This document shows positions 41,998 to 53,934 of a stretch of 64,000 nucleotides of DNA, piece by piece (the first letter of the stretch is position 1; each line of letters starts with the position of its first letter). Source of the stretch: Octopus bimaculoides (Eukaryota); the NCBI RefSeq assembly GCF_001194135.2, contig NC_068998.1, positions 55,429,888-55,493,887 on the forward strand. The letters are read 5' to 3'. Both the position numbers and the translations under genes were made by a program. The notes under the pieces are model-generated. The model ran no database searches. It was given only the letters and a program-made list of their open reading frames with translations, and had not been told where the DNA came from.

Positions 41998-42665
41998 ATG
42001 TCATCATCATCATTTGGCATCTGCTTTTCATGTTGTCATAGGTTAGACAGTTTGACCGGAACTGGTAAGATGGAGAGCTGCATCAAGTTCCAATCTGATT
42101 TGGCATCGTTTCTATAACTAGATGCCCTTTTTAACCCAACCACTACAAGAGTCTAATAGGTGCTTTTTATGTACCACTGGCATGGGTGCTTTTTATGTAT
42201 CACCTGCACAGGTGCCAGTTATGTGACACCAGCATCAGCCACAACAATGATTTCACTCGGCTTGAATCTTCTCAAGCATATTGTCAAAGATCTCAATCAC
42301 CTCCATGAGACCCAATGCTGGAAGATCATGTTTTACCACCTTGTCCCATGTCTTCCTAGATCTACCTCTTTCACAAGTTCCCTCCACAGTTAGAGATTGG
42401 TACTTCTTTTCACAGCTGTCCTTGGCCATATGCGTCACATGATCATACCAGTGCAGTTGTTTCTCTTGCATACCATATCTGATGCTTGTTATGTCCAACT
42501 TTCCTCTCAAGATGTTTACGCTCTGTTGTACATGCCCACTGACATTGCACATCCAGCAAAGCATGCTAGCTTCATTTCTTTCAAGCCTATGCATGTCCTC
42601 AGTGGTCACAGCCCATGTTTCACTGCCGTGTAGCATGGCTGTTTGCACACAGGCATCATACAACC
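41998..42665 (-). mobile_element. RTE-clade LINE 3' end, older copy
   Basis: MLHGSETWAVTTEDMHRLERNEASML...GRSRKTWDKVVKHDL. Confidence 0.88.
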
Positions 42666-44256
42666 ACTGTTAGTCATTTTTACTATATTGTAATGCTGGG
42701 TTGGACTGAAACTGATAATAGTCACTTGTTACCTTGACTATCAACAACTGATTACTTTTTGTCAATGAATGGGAAAATCTATTCTGAATTGTACAGTGGT
42801 TCAGAAAAAGCCATGAGGGTTAATGCTCTGACATTTACAAGAATATGTATATCGATATAGATGTATATATTATATTGCTGTAAGAAGTTTGCTTCTCAAC
42901 CACATAGTTCTAGGTTCAAGTCCCACTGTGTGGCACCATGAGAAAGCATTTTCTACTATAGCCCTGGACTGTCTAAAACCTTGTGAATGGGCTTTTTCCC
43001 CCCACCACTGCTTGACAATCGGTGTTGGTTTGTTTCTGTCCCTGTAACTTAACAGTTCTGCAAAAAGTGTGATAGAATATATATACTAGGTACAAACATA
43101 AAAAAATACTAGGGTCAATTCATTTGATTACAACCCTTCAGGACAGTGCTCCAGCATGGCTCAGTTCAATGAGAAGAACAAATAAAAAATAAAAACACAC
43201 ACAAAGAGATGCATGCAGGATGTTTGCTAAATAAAATTCGTGCTGAGGGTTATGAGCAATTTAGAAAACTTACTGTTATTAGTATTGATTCAGTTGCCCT
43301 GACAACAGAGCTTATCCATGCATTGTTTGGTTTACTTGCTGTCGGTAAGATCTGTTTGGTGTTTAGTAAATGATGTCTGTGGGGAGAGGGATGTTTCTTG
43401 GGGACATTTGAAAGAATTACTCCTTCACTTCCATCACACATAGCTTTGAATTAATTGGCAAAGTGATGAGTAAAAAAGAAATCACTATTTTGAAGTAAGA
43501 TAAAATATCCAAAAACAGTGATGTAGTAGGGAACAGATAAATGGAATTAGCTCCAGGCTGTATGTTCCTTTTTAGGGTCCATAAAACTATTTGGATCTTC
43601 TCTATAATGTTTAAAGAAAAAAAGAATGTGTTCCATAAAGAAGGAAAATAAAGTTCCATAAAGTGGCAAGTCTCTTATTCAACTACACTGCCAGGAAAAG
43701 ATAAAAAAGTGTATATGAGGAAAAGGTTTGGCATTTCAAACCTTCAAACTTGGAGTTAATATTATTTCAAATAACACTTTTGATGCAGGAAGTTTGTAAT
43801 ATCTTGCAAATATCTCCATGGAACTTCGCTTATTCAATGAATAACGATATAAAAATCAATGCTTGCCTTTGAACAGATCTTAATCTACGATAAGTTAGTG
43901 ATGGTTAATAGAGTTTGATTGCCCATACTCATATCCTAATTATGATATTTTTATGATTTATAATAATAATGAAAAAGTATTGACAAAGAAGTTACTCAAA
44001 ACAACAAGTGTTCCTTTGCAAAAAGAAAATTGACACGATTAGATTTACGCAAAGAATCTTGGTTAAATTTATAGTAAGACGATTTCGGAGCAAGGTACAT
44101 AACTCTGCTTGTTTCAATTTATGGCCTATCTTGGCTGAAACTAGAAACAACCAGTTATAAAGTTAATTGTTCAAACAATATGTAAATGAATCAATTTTTT
44201 TTCCCGACATCTGCTTTTACTGTTAATAATGTTTTCTTTTTAATATTTATTTGTAG

Positions 44257-44412
44257 ACAAGCCTAAGGAAAAGATGGTTTTTTCTTCGAATGTTCTTTGT
44301 ATGTGGAGTTGTCATCACTCTGTTACTTTATATTGTATTCAGTCAACGAGTTAAAGTAATACCGGCCACAGATTCATGGGACATTCCAGTGATTTGGAGT
44401 CCAATAAAAGAC
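44257..44412 (+). CDS. METTL24: METTL24-like methyltransferase, first identified coding exon (signal/type II membrane anchor)
   Basis: Acceptor ttgtag| and donor |gtaggt. Open frame TSLRKRWFFLRMFFVCGVVITLLLYIVFSQRVKVIPATDSWDIPVIWSPIKD (52 codons, phase 0/0), with basic residues followed by a hydrophobic stretch. In-frame ATG at 44290; the true start may lie in an upstream exon. Confidence 0.75.
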
Positions 44413-44779
44413 GTAGGTGTCATTTTTATGCAGCTTTCTGAATATAGCATTTATTAAAACAAAAATTTTAGACTTCACTTTAGGCATATGCATGGGTATG
44501 TAGTTAAGAGGCTTGCTCCTCAACCATTTTGTTCCAGGTTCATTCCCACTGCAGGCACTTTAAGCAACTATTTTCTATTATAGCCCCAGACCAACCAAAG
44601 CCTTGTGAGAGGATTTGGTAGGCAGAAACTGAAAGAAGCCTGTCGTATGTGTGTGTACACTCACACAAACATATACACAAATACTGTATACTTTGGTTTA
44701 TATACCACTCTATTGACAAATATATGAGTGCCTAATTTTCTGACTTATAGGTTCTTAGATGACTATATCTATATGTGTG

Positions 44780-44856
<77 letters not shown>

Positions 44857-44871
44857 TTATATATATATATA

Positions 44872-45065
44872 TTGGGTTGGAACAAAAGTTTGTACCATTT
44901 TTAAAGTAAAATTAAAAAAACAATATTTAGATATTTGTATATAAATAAATCACATATGCCTCATTTTGTTCCACTCTCTTTCACTATCTTTGAGGCAGCT
45001 TCATGATTTCATCCTCCGAGAACTTGGCATTTTTCTGGGCTATGAACATCTGATTTTGCCGAAGT
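44872..45065 (-). mobile_element. Mariner 3' end with TIR
   Basis: TIR-like tattgggttggaacaaaagtt. The minus strand reads AQKNAKFSEDEIMKLPQR**KRVEQNEAY, resembling mariner FYxxGIxKLPxRWxKVVEQNGxY. Confidence 0.7.
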
Positions 45066-45639
45066 TCATATATATATATTTATATATTTATTTCTGTGTA
45101 AGTTAGAGGTTGAGAAACCAACTAAGGGATAGTACCAATCCAATATACTGCTGAATAACCTGCACTTATTCATAGTCAAGTGCTAGTTATTGCATGGCAA
45201 TCTCACAATTGAGTATTATATATGGGNNNNNNNNNNNNNNNNNNNNNNNNNNNNNNNNNNNNNNNNNNNNNNNNNNNNNNNNNNNNNNNNNNNNNNNNNN
45301 NNNNNNNNNNNNNNNNNNNNNNNNNNTATATATATATATGTATATATCTATATATGTATATATATATATATATATACATCTATATATATATGAGTGTGTG
45401 TGAGCTGGTGTTTCCTTGTCTTGACAGAATGTGATTGATGTTGAGGGTGAGCATCTCAAAAATCAAAAACAGGTGAAGGTTAACAGCAGGAAGGGCATCT
45501 GGCCGTAGAAAATCCATGTCAACAAATTCTGTCCAACCAATAGAGCATGAAAAAAGGGACATGAAGGTGATGAAGACTTTAATAATTGAAATGCGAAGCT
45601 TTTAATTAAATTTACACTTGAACTCTGTAGAATGGTTAC

Positions 45640-46730
45640 AATGAAACAGGTGTGAGGCAGGCTTTTTCCAGGTTGGGCCATTATTTTATTAGCCTGGTTT
45701 GAATCTTGTTAATTGACCCAATGCCTCACTTTTGTCTCAGTTTGGTGTTTATATGAGTGAAGAAACCTGTTTACTCCTTGAAATTATTCAGTTTTTTATG
45801 ATAAAGGATTCCTTTATTTGGGGGTGGAAAGGTTGGGGGAGGTGCTGTAACCATGACTTTCTTAGCTCCTCCAAGATTGGTGATTTCAATATTCCTCTTG
45901 AATATCAACAATCTAATGGCCACAGTTGTTAGAGAGTAGGATGGCCAGAAGGAGTGGATACAATATGGTTGGTGAGAAGAAGAGAAACAAGTGGACTGCG
46001 ATTACTTGAGCAGATGTGGCACAAGACCAGCAGAGGTCAGTGAGGTATTGATAAAAAAAGGTGAAGGTACATCTATGAGCCAGAAGTTGGAGTGTGTTGG
46101 TGAGTGACTTCATGTCAATCAGTCAGATGGCCTTTCCTTTGACGTAGTCCATGATGTCTGTGTGCGTGAGTTTAACAGTTACATTATATCAAGTACTGTG
46201 CAAGTGTGAGTCTCACATGAGCTTTTGTAAAGGGGTGATAATTGTTGGGATGTGAAATATTTTGTGGTTGTGAAGAGGAAGGCTAGTCTTTGCTTTGTTG
46301 AGGATGTGCATTCACCATAAGATATCCTCAGTTACAGTGAGGCTTAGCATTTGTAGCAATGTTGAGGGTTTAGTTGTGCACTGCTTATATTTAGGAGAGA
46401 TGAAGTGCAATGATATTTTCTGGATATGTGTATTGATTGTACCTTTCAATTGTTGAAAAACTTTCTCTCTGTTCATGGACTCAGTACATGAAGTGTCTCG
46501 GTTGGATATGGAAGGTTAGTTGGAAGAGAAAATGGTATTGTTTATGAAAGGTTGCATTGGTGGAGGTAATGGCAAGCAGGTTGTTCATATAAAGGGACTG
46601 GCAGAGATGATAAATTGTGGGGCAGAGAGAACTCTGCCAGGAAGCCGCTGTTCTGTATTTCAATGAATATCTGGAAAGTCTAATTTAGTCTGTATCTATG
46701 TCTTGCAGGAAGCTGAAATACCACCTGAGC
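45640..46730 (-). mobile_element. Old CR1/L2 (Crack/Daphne-like) LINE remnant in intron 1 of the METTL24-like gene
   Basis: Degenerate PxGxVL(S/C)P...YMNNLL and LAHRC...FYQY motifs on the minus strand. Confidence 0.55.
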
Positions 46731-46821
46731 CACCTTTACCAAATATTCTTTATATCAATGCTAGTAAAATAACTCTTAGTTTGGATCAAAGTGAGCAAAA
46801 TATAGAAGAAAATTTTTTTCA
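46709..46821 (+). CDS. METTL24: METTL24-like methyltransferase, exon 2 (stem region)
   Basis: Acceptor tcttgcag| and donor |gtgagt. Reads EAEIPPEPPLPNILYINASKITLSLDQSEQNIEENFF(Q), phase 0 to 2, which exactly bridges the neighbouring exons. Confidence 0.75.
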
Positions 46822-47041
46822 GTGAGTTTTATTTTTATTTATAATGATGTTATTTAATCTCTTGTTAACTCTGATCAAACAGATCTGGTGACAGCCATTC
46901 CAGTTTGTCATATTCTTTTTTTTTTCCCTTTTTAACTCCAGTATAGTCTATGTAGAATGGTGTCTTTAGTTTTAAGATACTCGGGTGTGATTTAAGGCTG
47001 TTAGTTTTATTATTCAAGTGGTCATGTTTTATGAATGTAAG

Positions 47042-47042
<1 letters not shown>

Positions 47043-47106
<64 letters not shown>
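47043..47106. repeat. (TG)n microsatellite
   Basis: Read directly. Confidence 0.95.
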
Positions 47107-47107
<1 letters not shown>

Positions 47108-48255
47108 CAGAGCACAGCTGTACATAGAATGTCTCTCTCACTGACCTATTACTCACAGCAATTGGTGCATACACTGTAAATAAGGAAACAACATCCAGAG
47201 AATGTCAAATCCTCAGCTACATAATATGCTTGTTGATAGATGTTTCATTGATATCATTTTGTCCAGCCAATAGCTTCTGCAACCGCTAGTGCTCTGACTT
47301 GCCAGCCATCAAAGTGTTCCAACCACTAGTAGGTGTAAACACTGGATGAGATTTTGCATCTTCTTGGCCGACACACCTCCAATAGGGCTCCACAGTGACT
47401 TGAAAATAGCTAAGTTCCAAAGATATCAGTGGCAGAGGGGAGCTATCTCTCAAAGAGAACATTCCAGGCCCCCACCTGAATAGCCTTCCTCAGGTCAAAC
47501 TGAGATTCCATTCACCTGACACTTTTGTACCCCTCAGGCCACAACCCTCCAACCCAGTCTGTCCTCCAGGGTTTTTTCCCATTTGGTGGATGGCTCCTGA
47601 CGGCTTTGCTCTAATTGTTTTATATGATGTGCCTTACAGGCAGTCGAGCTGCTACCTCAGAAGAAAGAACTTGAGGAGTCTGGGATGTTGCTACTAGTGA
47701 GAGTTTTACAAGGCTGGAGTGCAGATCATATCTCAACCTCTTTTACTTGCCTTTTATGATACCCAAAAGAAACATTAGGTCTATTCTTTGGCATTCCACT
47801 CCCCATACAATGTTTGATCATCATTGATGATGATCAATCCTTCCAAATGTCTACCAGCATCAGTAGGCCTGAAAGATACAGTGGAGCTCAAGCCAAAAAT
47901 GACACACTTTACATTCTAAAGAAAACAATTTAGAAGAAAAGTGTAAAAAGCTATTGCTTACTTTGTTTTATCAATCATACTTGTGTATAACGAAATTATG
48001 AGTGATATTTGTTTTGAAGACACTTGGACATTAGTATGGATATTCCAAGGCTTAAATTGTTTTTAAAATTCCATGGCATTCTGAGATACTTCTTGTGGTA
48101 CAGTTTGATAACCACTGATTTCCATATTCATTTCGGCCACTTTAATCAAGAATTCTTCTTCTTTGTATATATATCTATTCTTCTTTATTTTCTATATTTT
48201 TTTTTATATTTTAAAACATTAAATGCAATAAATTACTATGTTGTTTTCTTCAAAG

Positions 48256-48384
48256 GTTTCTCATTAGAAAAGAAATTTGGTGTAAAAAGAATGAACGACT
48301 TGGACATCAAGGAGCAGGTGGTTGGAATGTCTGCCTTTCTCCACCTTTTGGGCTTTCTAAACCTTGTATTGTTTATCTTATTGG
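48256..48384 (+). CDS. METTL24: METTL24-like methyltransferase, exon 3
   Basis: Acceptor ttttcttcaaag| and donor |gtaagt. Reads FLIRKEIWCKKNERLGHQGAGGWNVCLSPPFGLSKPCIVYLI(G), matching the family pattern C..RxG..xGGWxxC...CxVYSxG. Phase 2/2. Confidence 0.9.
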
Positions 48385-49276
48385 GTAAGTGATAACCTTT
48401 CTCTTCATAAATCCTTACAAGAATTTATGACACCAGTATATTAATATTTGGTGGCAAATGAAGCAACAATGTTAGGAACTATATGGAAAAAAATATTTAT
48501 TGAAATATAAATATGATAGATGCAGGTGTGGCCGTAGATTTTGGGTTCAGTTTCACTGCATGGCACTTTAGTCAAGTGTCTTCTTCTATAATCAAGTTGA
48601 TTAATGTTTTGTCACTTACTCTCTCCTAAATGTGAGTAGCTCCTCTACAACAAGAGCCTGCTCTACCCCAATTCTTTAACCATGAGCTTTCATCTACCAA
48701 ATATACTCAAGGCATTGGACATCTCAGAGCTGTAATAGAAGACAGTTGCTCCAGGTGCTATGCAGTGAAACTGAACCCAAAACTATATGGTTACTTCTTA
48801 ACCACACATCCTGTGTTTATATTAAATATTTGCTTAATTAATCGAATCTCAAACTGCAAATCATCTAGGACCTACTTCATTTTCTTGACTGTTCTACTAG
48901 TTGTGGTTGTTTGGTCCAAAGTCAACTTTGATCCACGAGACTTGTGATCAAAGGCGATTAGTGATGATCGTTTTATTAGTCTTTTTTGGTACGTTTTCTT
49001 AGAAAGTGGTTCTAAGGATGGAGTGTAGCAGAGAGGAGAGAGCATGGCTGGAGGAAGACAAGGAGAAATGGAAATGGTTCTAAGGATGGAGTATAGCAGA
49101 GTAGTTAGTCATCACTGGTTTCTAAAATATAATTTCTTTGTAATTAATTACTTTCATTAAATGCAAGAAAAAAAGAACAAACCAAAAAACATCTAAACAT
49201 ATTTACTTATTTTTCTTAACAATAGTGTAAATATTTTTATGACAATATTTGTTTTTCTTTCTCATTATTTTCTCAG

Positions 49277-49351
49277 AACAGATGCAAACTCTGAATTTGA
49301 TGATGCCATTTCTTATATTTATGGTTGCCATGTTCATGTATTTAACCCTGC
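49277..49351 (+). CDS. METTL24: METTL24-like methyltransferase, exon 4
   Basis: Acceptor ttttctcag| and donor |gtaagt. Reads TDANSEFDDAISYIYGCHVHVFNP(A), matching the family pattern FD..m...GCeVHxFDP. Phase 2/2. Confidence 0.9.
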
Positions 49352-49570
49352 GTAAGTTCTATTGATTTTAATTTCCACGATAATGAAGAGGCATTTTCTA
49401 TGGAATTTTTCAAAAATATACAACTGCTTCTCTAACCATAACCATAGTTTCTTTAATCCTTGTGTGGACATGAATCTGAACCCCCCCCCCCTGCTCCAAG
49501 TTGTATCTAAATACTAATCTCAACAATGTTTCTATTTCCAACACTCTATTCTCAATATTTATATTAACAG

Positions 49571-49709
49571 AAAGAAGAAACTTAACAGGAAGAAGTCTAA
49601 CCTGATCCATGTGCACAACTTTGGACTCAGTAAAAAAGATGATTCCAGCCCAGAAGGCTGGACAACAGTGACTTTCAAAAAGTTACTTGAGCAGAATGGT
49701 CATTTGCAA
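49571..49709 (+). CDS. METTL24: METTL24-like methyltransferase, exon 5
   Basis: Acceptor ttaacag| and donor |gtaatt. Reads KKKLNRKKSNLIHVHNFGLSKKDDSSPEGWTTVTFKKLLEQNGHLQ. Phase 2 to 0. Confidence 0.88.
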
Positions 49710-49859
49710 GTAATTAGCATTTTCTTTTATCTATAATATGCAATATCTGAATATTCTGTAATTCTGAGAGAATTCTGAGAATTTGTTCCTTAAATTTTTT
49801 AAATTCTTCTGAGTCATGTTATAAAGCTGAATAACTTTTCTTACAGATTCTTTCATGGC

Positions 49860-50757
49860 TGATTCTTCCTATGATTGAAGTGCAGCTTCTGTCACATTAC
49901 TTGCATACCAAGAGGGTGGCTCAGCGCTCTGTATTTCTGTTGTTTTCCTTTCGCTGCTGACGCTTCTCAACTTGTTTGTTTCTGTAGCTGCTCTCTCTAG
50001 CAAAGCAGTTCCTTCCTTCACCACAGACCTCCATGTTGTTCTGTCCTCAGCCCTCTCTTCCCAGGTGCTGACATGTACCTCACACTTGGACAAACTAGTT
50101 TTGCAAAGGTCCTTATACTTTAGTTTTGGTCTTCCTCATGGTCTCATGCCCTGGGCCAGTTCTCCATAGAGCAGTTGCTTCGAGATTCGATGGTCATCCA
50201 TTCCGCTGACATGCCCCAGCCACCTCAGTCTTCTCATACACAAAATAGCTGTAATGTGTTAAGATTTTCCTGGGCCAGCACTTCAACATCGGTAACGCTG
50301 TCGCACCATGTTAGGCCTAAGATCTTGTGGAGGCATCTGAGATGGAAAATACCGAGGCACCTTTCCTGTCTGCTGTACAAGGTCCATGTTTCAGATCCAC
50401 AGAGGAGTATGCCGAGGACACATGCTTCATGAATCCTGATCTTTGTCTTGATGTCTAATCTCTTGTTCTTCCAAACTCGTTTTGTCAGCCTCCCAAAAGA
50501 TGTTGCTGCCTTCCCTATCCTGACATTAATCTCGTCATCAAGTGAAGCAGGAGAGGAAACGGTAGACCCCAGATAGCAGAACCTGTCCACTGTCTCAAGC
50601 TCTTTGTCATCAAGCTTGATATGGCCTTTCACTGCGCCCTCCTGAGTGAGGATGACTGTCTTCTTTACACTGATGACCAGACCGAAAGCCTTGGATGCTG
50701 ATGATAGGTGGTCCATCATTATTTGTAGAGTTAATTCACTGTGAGCAAGAAGTACCA
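49860..50757 (-). mobile_element. BovB-like RTE reverse-transcriptase 3' half
   Basis: VVLLAHSE...FGLVISVKKTV...FCYLGSTVS...RIGKAATSFGRLTKRVW...LLCGSETW; WEERAEDRTTWRSVV. Confidence 0.9.
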
Positions 50758-50791
<34 letters not shown>

Positions 50792-51717
50792 GTTTAACGT
50801 CCGCTNNNNNNNNNNNNNNNNNNNNNNNNNNNNNNNNNNNNNNNNNNNNNNNNNNNNNNNNNNNNNNNNNNNNNNNNNNNNNNNNNNNNNNNNNNNNNNN
50901 NNNNNNNNNNNNNNNNNNNNNNNNNNNNNNNNNNNNNNNNNNNNNNNNNNNNNNNNNNNNNNNNNNNNNNNNNNNNNNNNNNNNNNNNNNNNNNNNNNNN
51001 NNNNNNNNNNNNNNNNNNNNNNNNNNNNNNNNNNNNNNNNNNNNNNNNNNNNNNNNNNNNNNNNNNNNNNNNNNNNNNNNNNNNNNNNNNNNNNNNNNNN
51101 NNNNNNNNNNNNNNNNNNNNNNNNNNNNNNNNNNNNNNNNNNNNNNNNNNNNNNNNNNNNNNNNNNNNNNNNNNNNNNNNNNNNNNNNNNNNNNNNNNNN
51201 NNNNNNNNNNNNNNNNNNNNNNNNNNNNNNNNNNNNNNNNNNNNNNNNNNNNNNNNNNNNNNNNNNNNNNNNNNNNNNNNNNNNNNNNNNNNNNNNNNNN
51301 NNNNNNNNNNNNNNNNNNNNNNNNNNNNNNNNNNNNNNNNNNNNNNNNNNNNNNNNNNNNNNNNNNNNNNNNNNNNNNNNNNNNNNNNNNNNNNNNNNNN
51401 NNNNNNNNNNNNNNNNNNNNNNNNNNNNNNNNNNNNNNNNNNNNCTTCCTGGGCCTACCTCTTCCACGGGTTCCCTCAACTGTTAGGGTGTGGCACTTTT
51501 TCACGCAGCTATCCTCATCCATTCTTACCACATGTCCATACCAGCGCAATCGTCTCTCTTGCACACCACAACTGATGCTGCTAATGTTCAGCTTTTCTCT
51601 CAAGATACTTACACTCTGACGGGTATTCACATTGACATTACACATCCAACGGAGCATACTGGTTTCATTCCTTGCGAGCTTACGTATGTCCTCAGCAGTT
51701 ACAGCCCATGTTTCAGT
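50758..51717 (-). mobile_element. RTE-clade LINE ((GAT)n-tailed family) nested in a second RTE; spans gap
   Basis: MLRWMCNVNV...LRWYGHVVRMDEDSCVKKC; (cat)n tail at 50758-50790. Confidence 0.88.
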
Positions 51718-52200
51718 TTTACGAGGAACTTCAGGATGTGATCAACAGCGTCCCAAAGGCAGACCAACTCTTTCTCATGGGTGATTTCAATGCAAGAGTA
51801 GGCACTGATCACCAAGCATGGCCCAACTGCCTTGGACAGTTTGGACTGGAGAAAATCAATGAGAATGGCCAGAGACTCTTAGAATTCTGCACAAATAACC
51901 TGTGCATTGAAAACGCCTCCTACAATGGCAAAGACCAGCATAAAGTTTCTTGGTGCCATCCAAGATCAGTTCATTGGCACCAGATTGACTTCGTCATCAT
52001 CAGAAAGAATGATGTCAACACTGTGAAGCAAACAAGATCGTTCCACAGTGCAGACTGTAACACGGATCATCTGTTGGTTATAGCCAAGGTAAAGATGGTC
52101 ACAAAGAAAACACCAAGAGCCGAAAAACCAAACAAACTTCACTGATTTAGTCCACAGGAGAGACAAGGTCAATACATTTGGAACCAGCAAAGTTGCAGGG
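51718..52200 (+). mobile_element. BovB-like RTE apurinic-type endonuclease fragment (opposite orientation to the RT part)
   Basis: FYEELQDVINSVPKADQLFLMGDFNARVG...NENGQRLLEFC...WHQIDFVII...DCNTDHLLV (GDFNA, IDY/F and TDH motifs of APE endonucleases). Confidence 0.9.
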
Positions 52201-52817
52201 GCTGCCAGAAGATAGTTTGGATCATTCCTCCCCATCGACTGCCTTAGGGGCCCTCTCTCCGGATTTTCTGTTTGGGTTTACTCCCTTAGCCTTTCATACT
52301 CCTGCATGTGTCTACAAGACAGCAGAAACAGCCACAGGTTGTACCATCTACTGTCATTTTGGTAGCAGCTCTAGTCTGACCTGACACACACACACGGCGC
52401 ACAGCCCCCCCCCTCCAGATATACATAAAAAAATTAAAATAAAGTACAAAATGATATATATAGATAAGGTATGCCATTGAGAAATAGAAGATAATATTTT
52501 ATATTATGCCAGGTCGCTCTAGAGTGCTACTGGTAACCCAATACAATCTGTTACATGGTCGGGTCGTCAGCGACTAAAATGGCGACCCCACCAGGCTTGC
52601 TTGGTGAGGAAGATGTGTTGGACACCCTGCAGGATAAAAAATGAGACCCGTCAAAGGGCAGAGGAACTCCATGAACAGTCAACGGCCATCCAACAAAATG
52701 TTTGTGAAAAGAAAAAANNNNNNNNNNNNNNNNNNNNNNNNNNNNNNNNNNNNNNNNNNNNNNNNNNNNNNNNNNNNNNNNNNNNNNNNNNNNNNNNNNN
52801 NNNNNNNNNNNNNNNNN

Positions 52818-52906
52818 ACCATATACCGAAGTTCAGAAATAGCAGCTAAAAAAGTTGAGAATCCCACAGCTTTTTTAGCTGCTATTTCTGAACTTCGGTA
52901 TATGGT
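52818..52906. repeat. Perfect 37-bp inverted repeat with a 15-nt loop
   Basis: accatataccgaagttcagaaatagcagctaaaaaag / cttttttagctgctatttctgaacttcggtatatggt. Confidence 0.95.
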
Positions 52907-53076
52907 GAAGCAAATATTTGCTGATCCCTTAATTATATTTATAAATATATATGAGCTTTTAAATAAGTTCTCCACCAATAATGGTGCTTTCATACCGATG
53001 GGCTTGGTAAAAATTGTTAATTGTTAATTGATTTATTAATTAATAAATTGATAATCCTTTACCCTTTTAATTTGTA

Positions 53077-53108
<32 letters not shown>

Positions 53109-53204
53109 GTCATATTTTAAACTTTAAATTATATTTCTACTTATATATTTTTACTTTTATGTATATATATTTTGTTTATATATATATATATATATTTTTT
53201 TCAG

Positions 53205-53549
53205 ACTATCATTTCTTATGTTAAGATTGATCTTGAATATCAAGAGTGGGCCTGTCTAAAAACTATATTTGCTGACAACAGTTTGGCCAATGTTAAACAG
53301 TTAGCTTTTGAAATCCACACAGTTTTACCAGGTAACAAGAACAATGTACGTCCAACCAAATACGATTATATTAAGATGTACAAGACACTGTCTCTTCTTC
53401 TTCCTTTGAATTTTCACAAGTTTGACTACAGGCGTAACCCATTTGGTGAATACACATCACCTGTCACCAAAAAACATCGTTCTTATGCTTATGAACTGTA
53501 CTATGTGAATACCAAATACACCCTGGAAGACTATGATGCTGAAGTTTGA
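53205..53549 (+). CDS. METTL24: METTL24-like methyltransferase, last coding exon
   Basis: Acceptor ttttttcag|. Reads TIISYVKIDLEYQEWACLKTIFADNSLANVKQLAFEIH...YAYELYYVNTKY...EV*, containing the KxDxExxEW and QLxFEIH motifs and the terminal YxLxxVN motif of the METTL24/Methyltransf_22 family. The six exons total 957 nt (318 aa plus stop). Confidence 0.92.
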   Translation, partial: TIISYVKIDLEYQEWACLKTIFADNSLANVKQLAFEIHTVLPGNKNNVRPTKYDYIKMYKTLSLLLPLNFHKFDYRRNPFGEYTSPVTKKHRSYAYELYYVNTKYTLEDYDAEV

Positions 53550-53934
53550 TGATTATATATATCTTTTTGTATCTTTGTATATGTTTTTACTCCAGCCTTT
53601 TCTTTTGTGTTGTTATTGTTGAGACACTTCAAATTTATTAAAATTACTTCCAACCTGCCTCTCAAACAACTATAAGACTGAAATATTTATGAAATTTAGT
53701 ATTTCACTTGTTAATGCCGTTGTGTAGAGGTTGGTTTTTGGTAATCCAGGTATGTGACCTATTTTCTTTTTATAACTGGTAAGAATAATTTAATTTCACT
53801 TACATTACATCTGGTCTTTAGGATGCCTCAATAATTACAACTACCCACCCAACCTCACCCATATCTTCTTATTCTAAAAATTTCAGACTTCATGACATTA
53901 TAAGAAACCTTACATAATATATTTATTCACAAGG

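Noticed and set aside
48024-48392. 122-aa ORF from the track overlapping exon 3
   Set aside because: Wrong frame; the METTL24-like motifs and matching splice phases are in a different frame.
50677-50705. CTGATGA...GAAA spacing on the plus strand
   Set aside because: The intervening ccagacc cannot form stem II; it is the antisense of RTE coding sequence.
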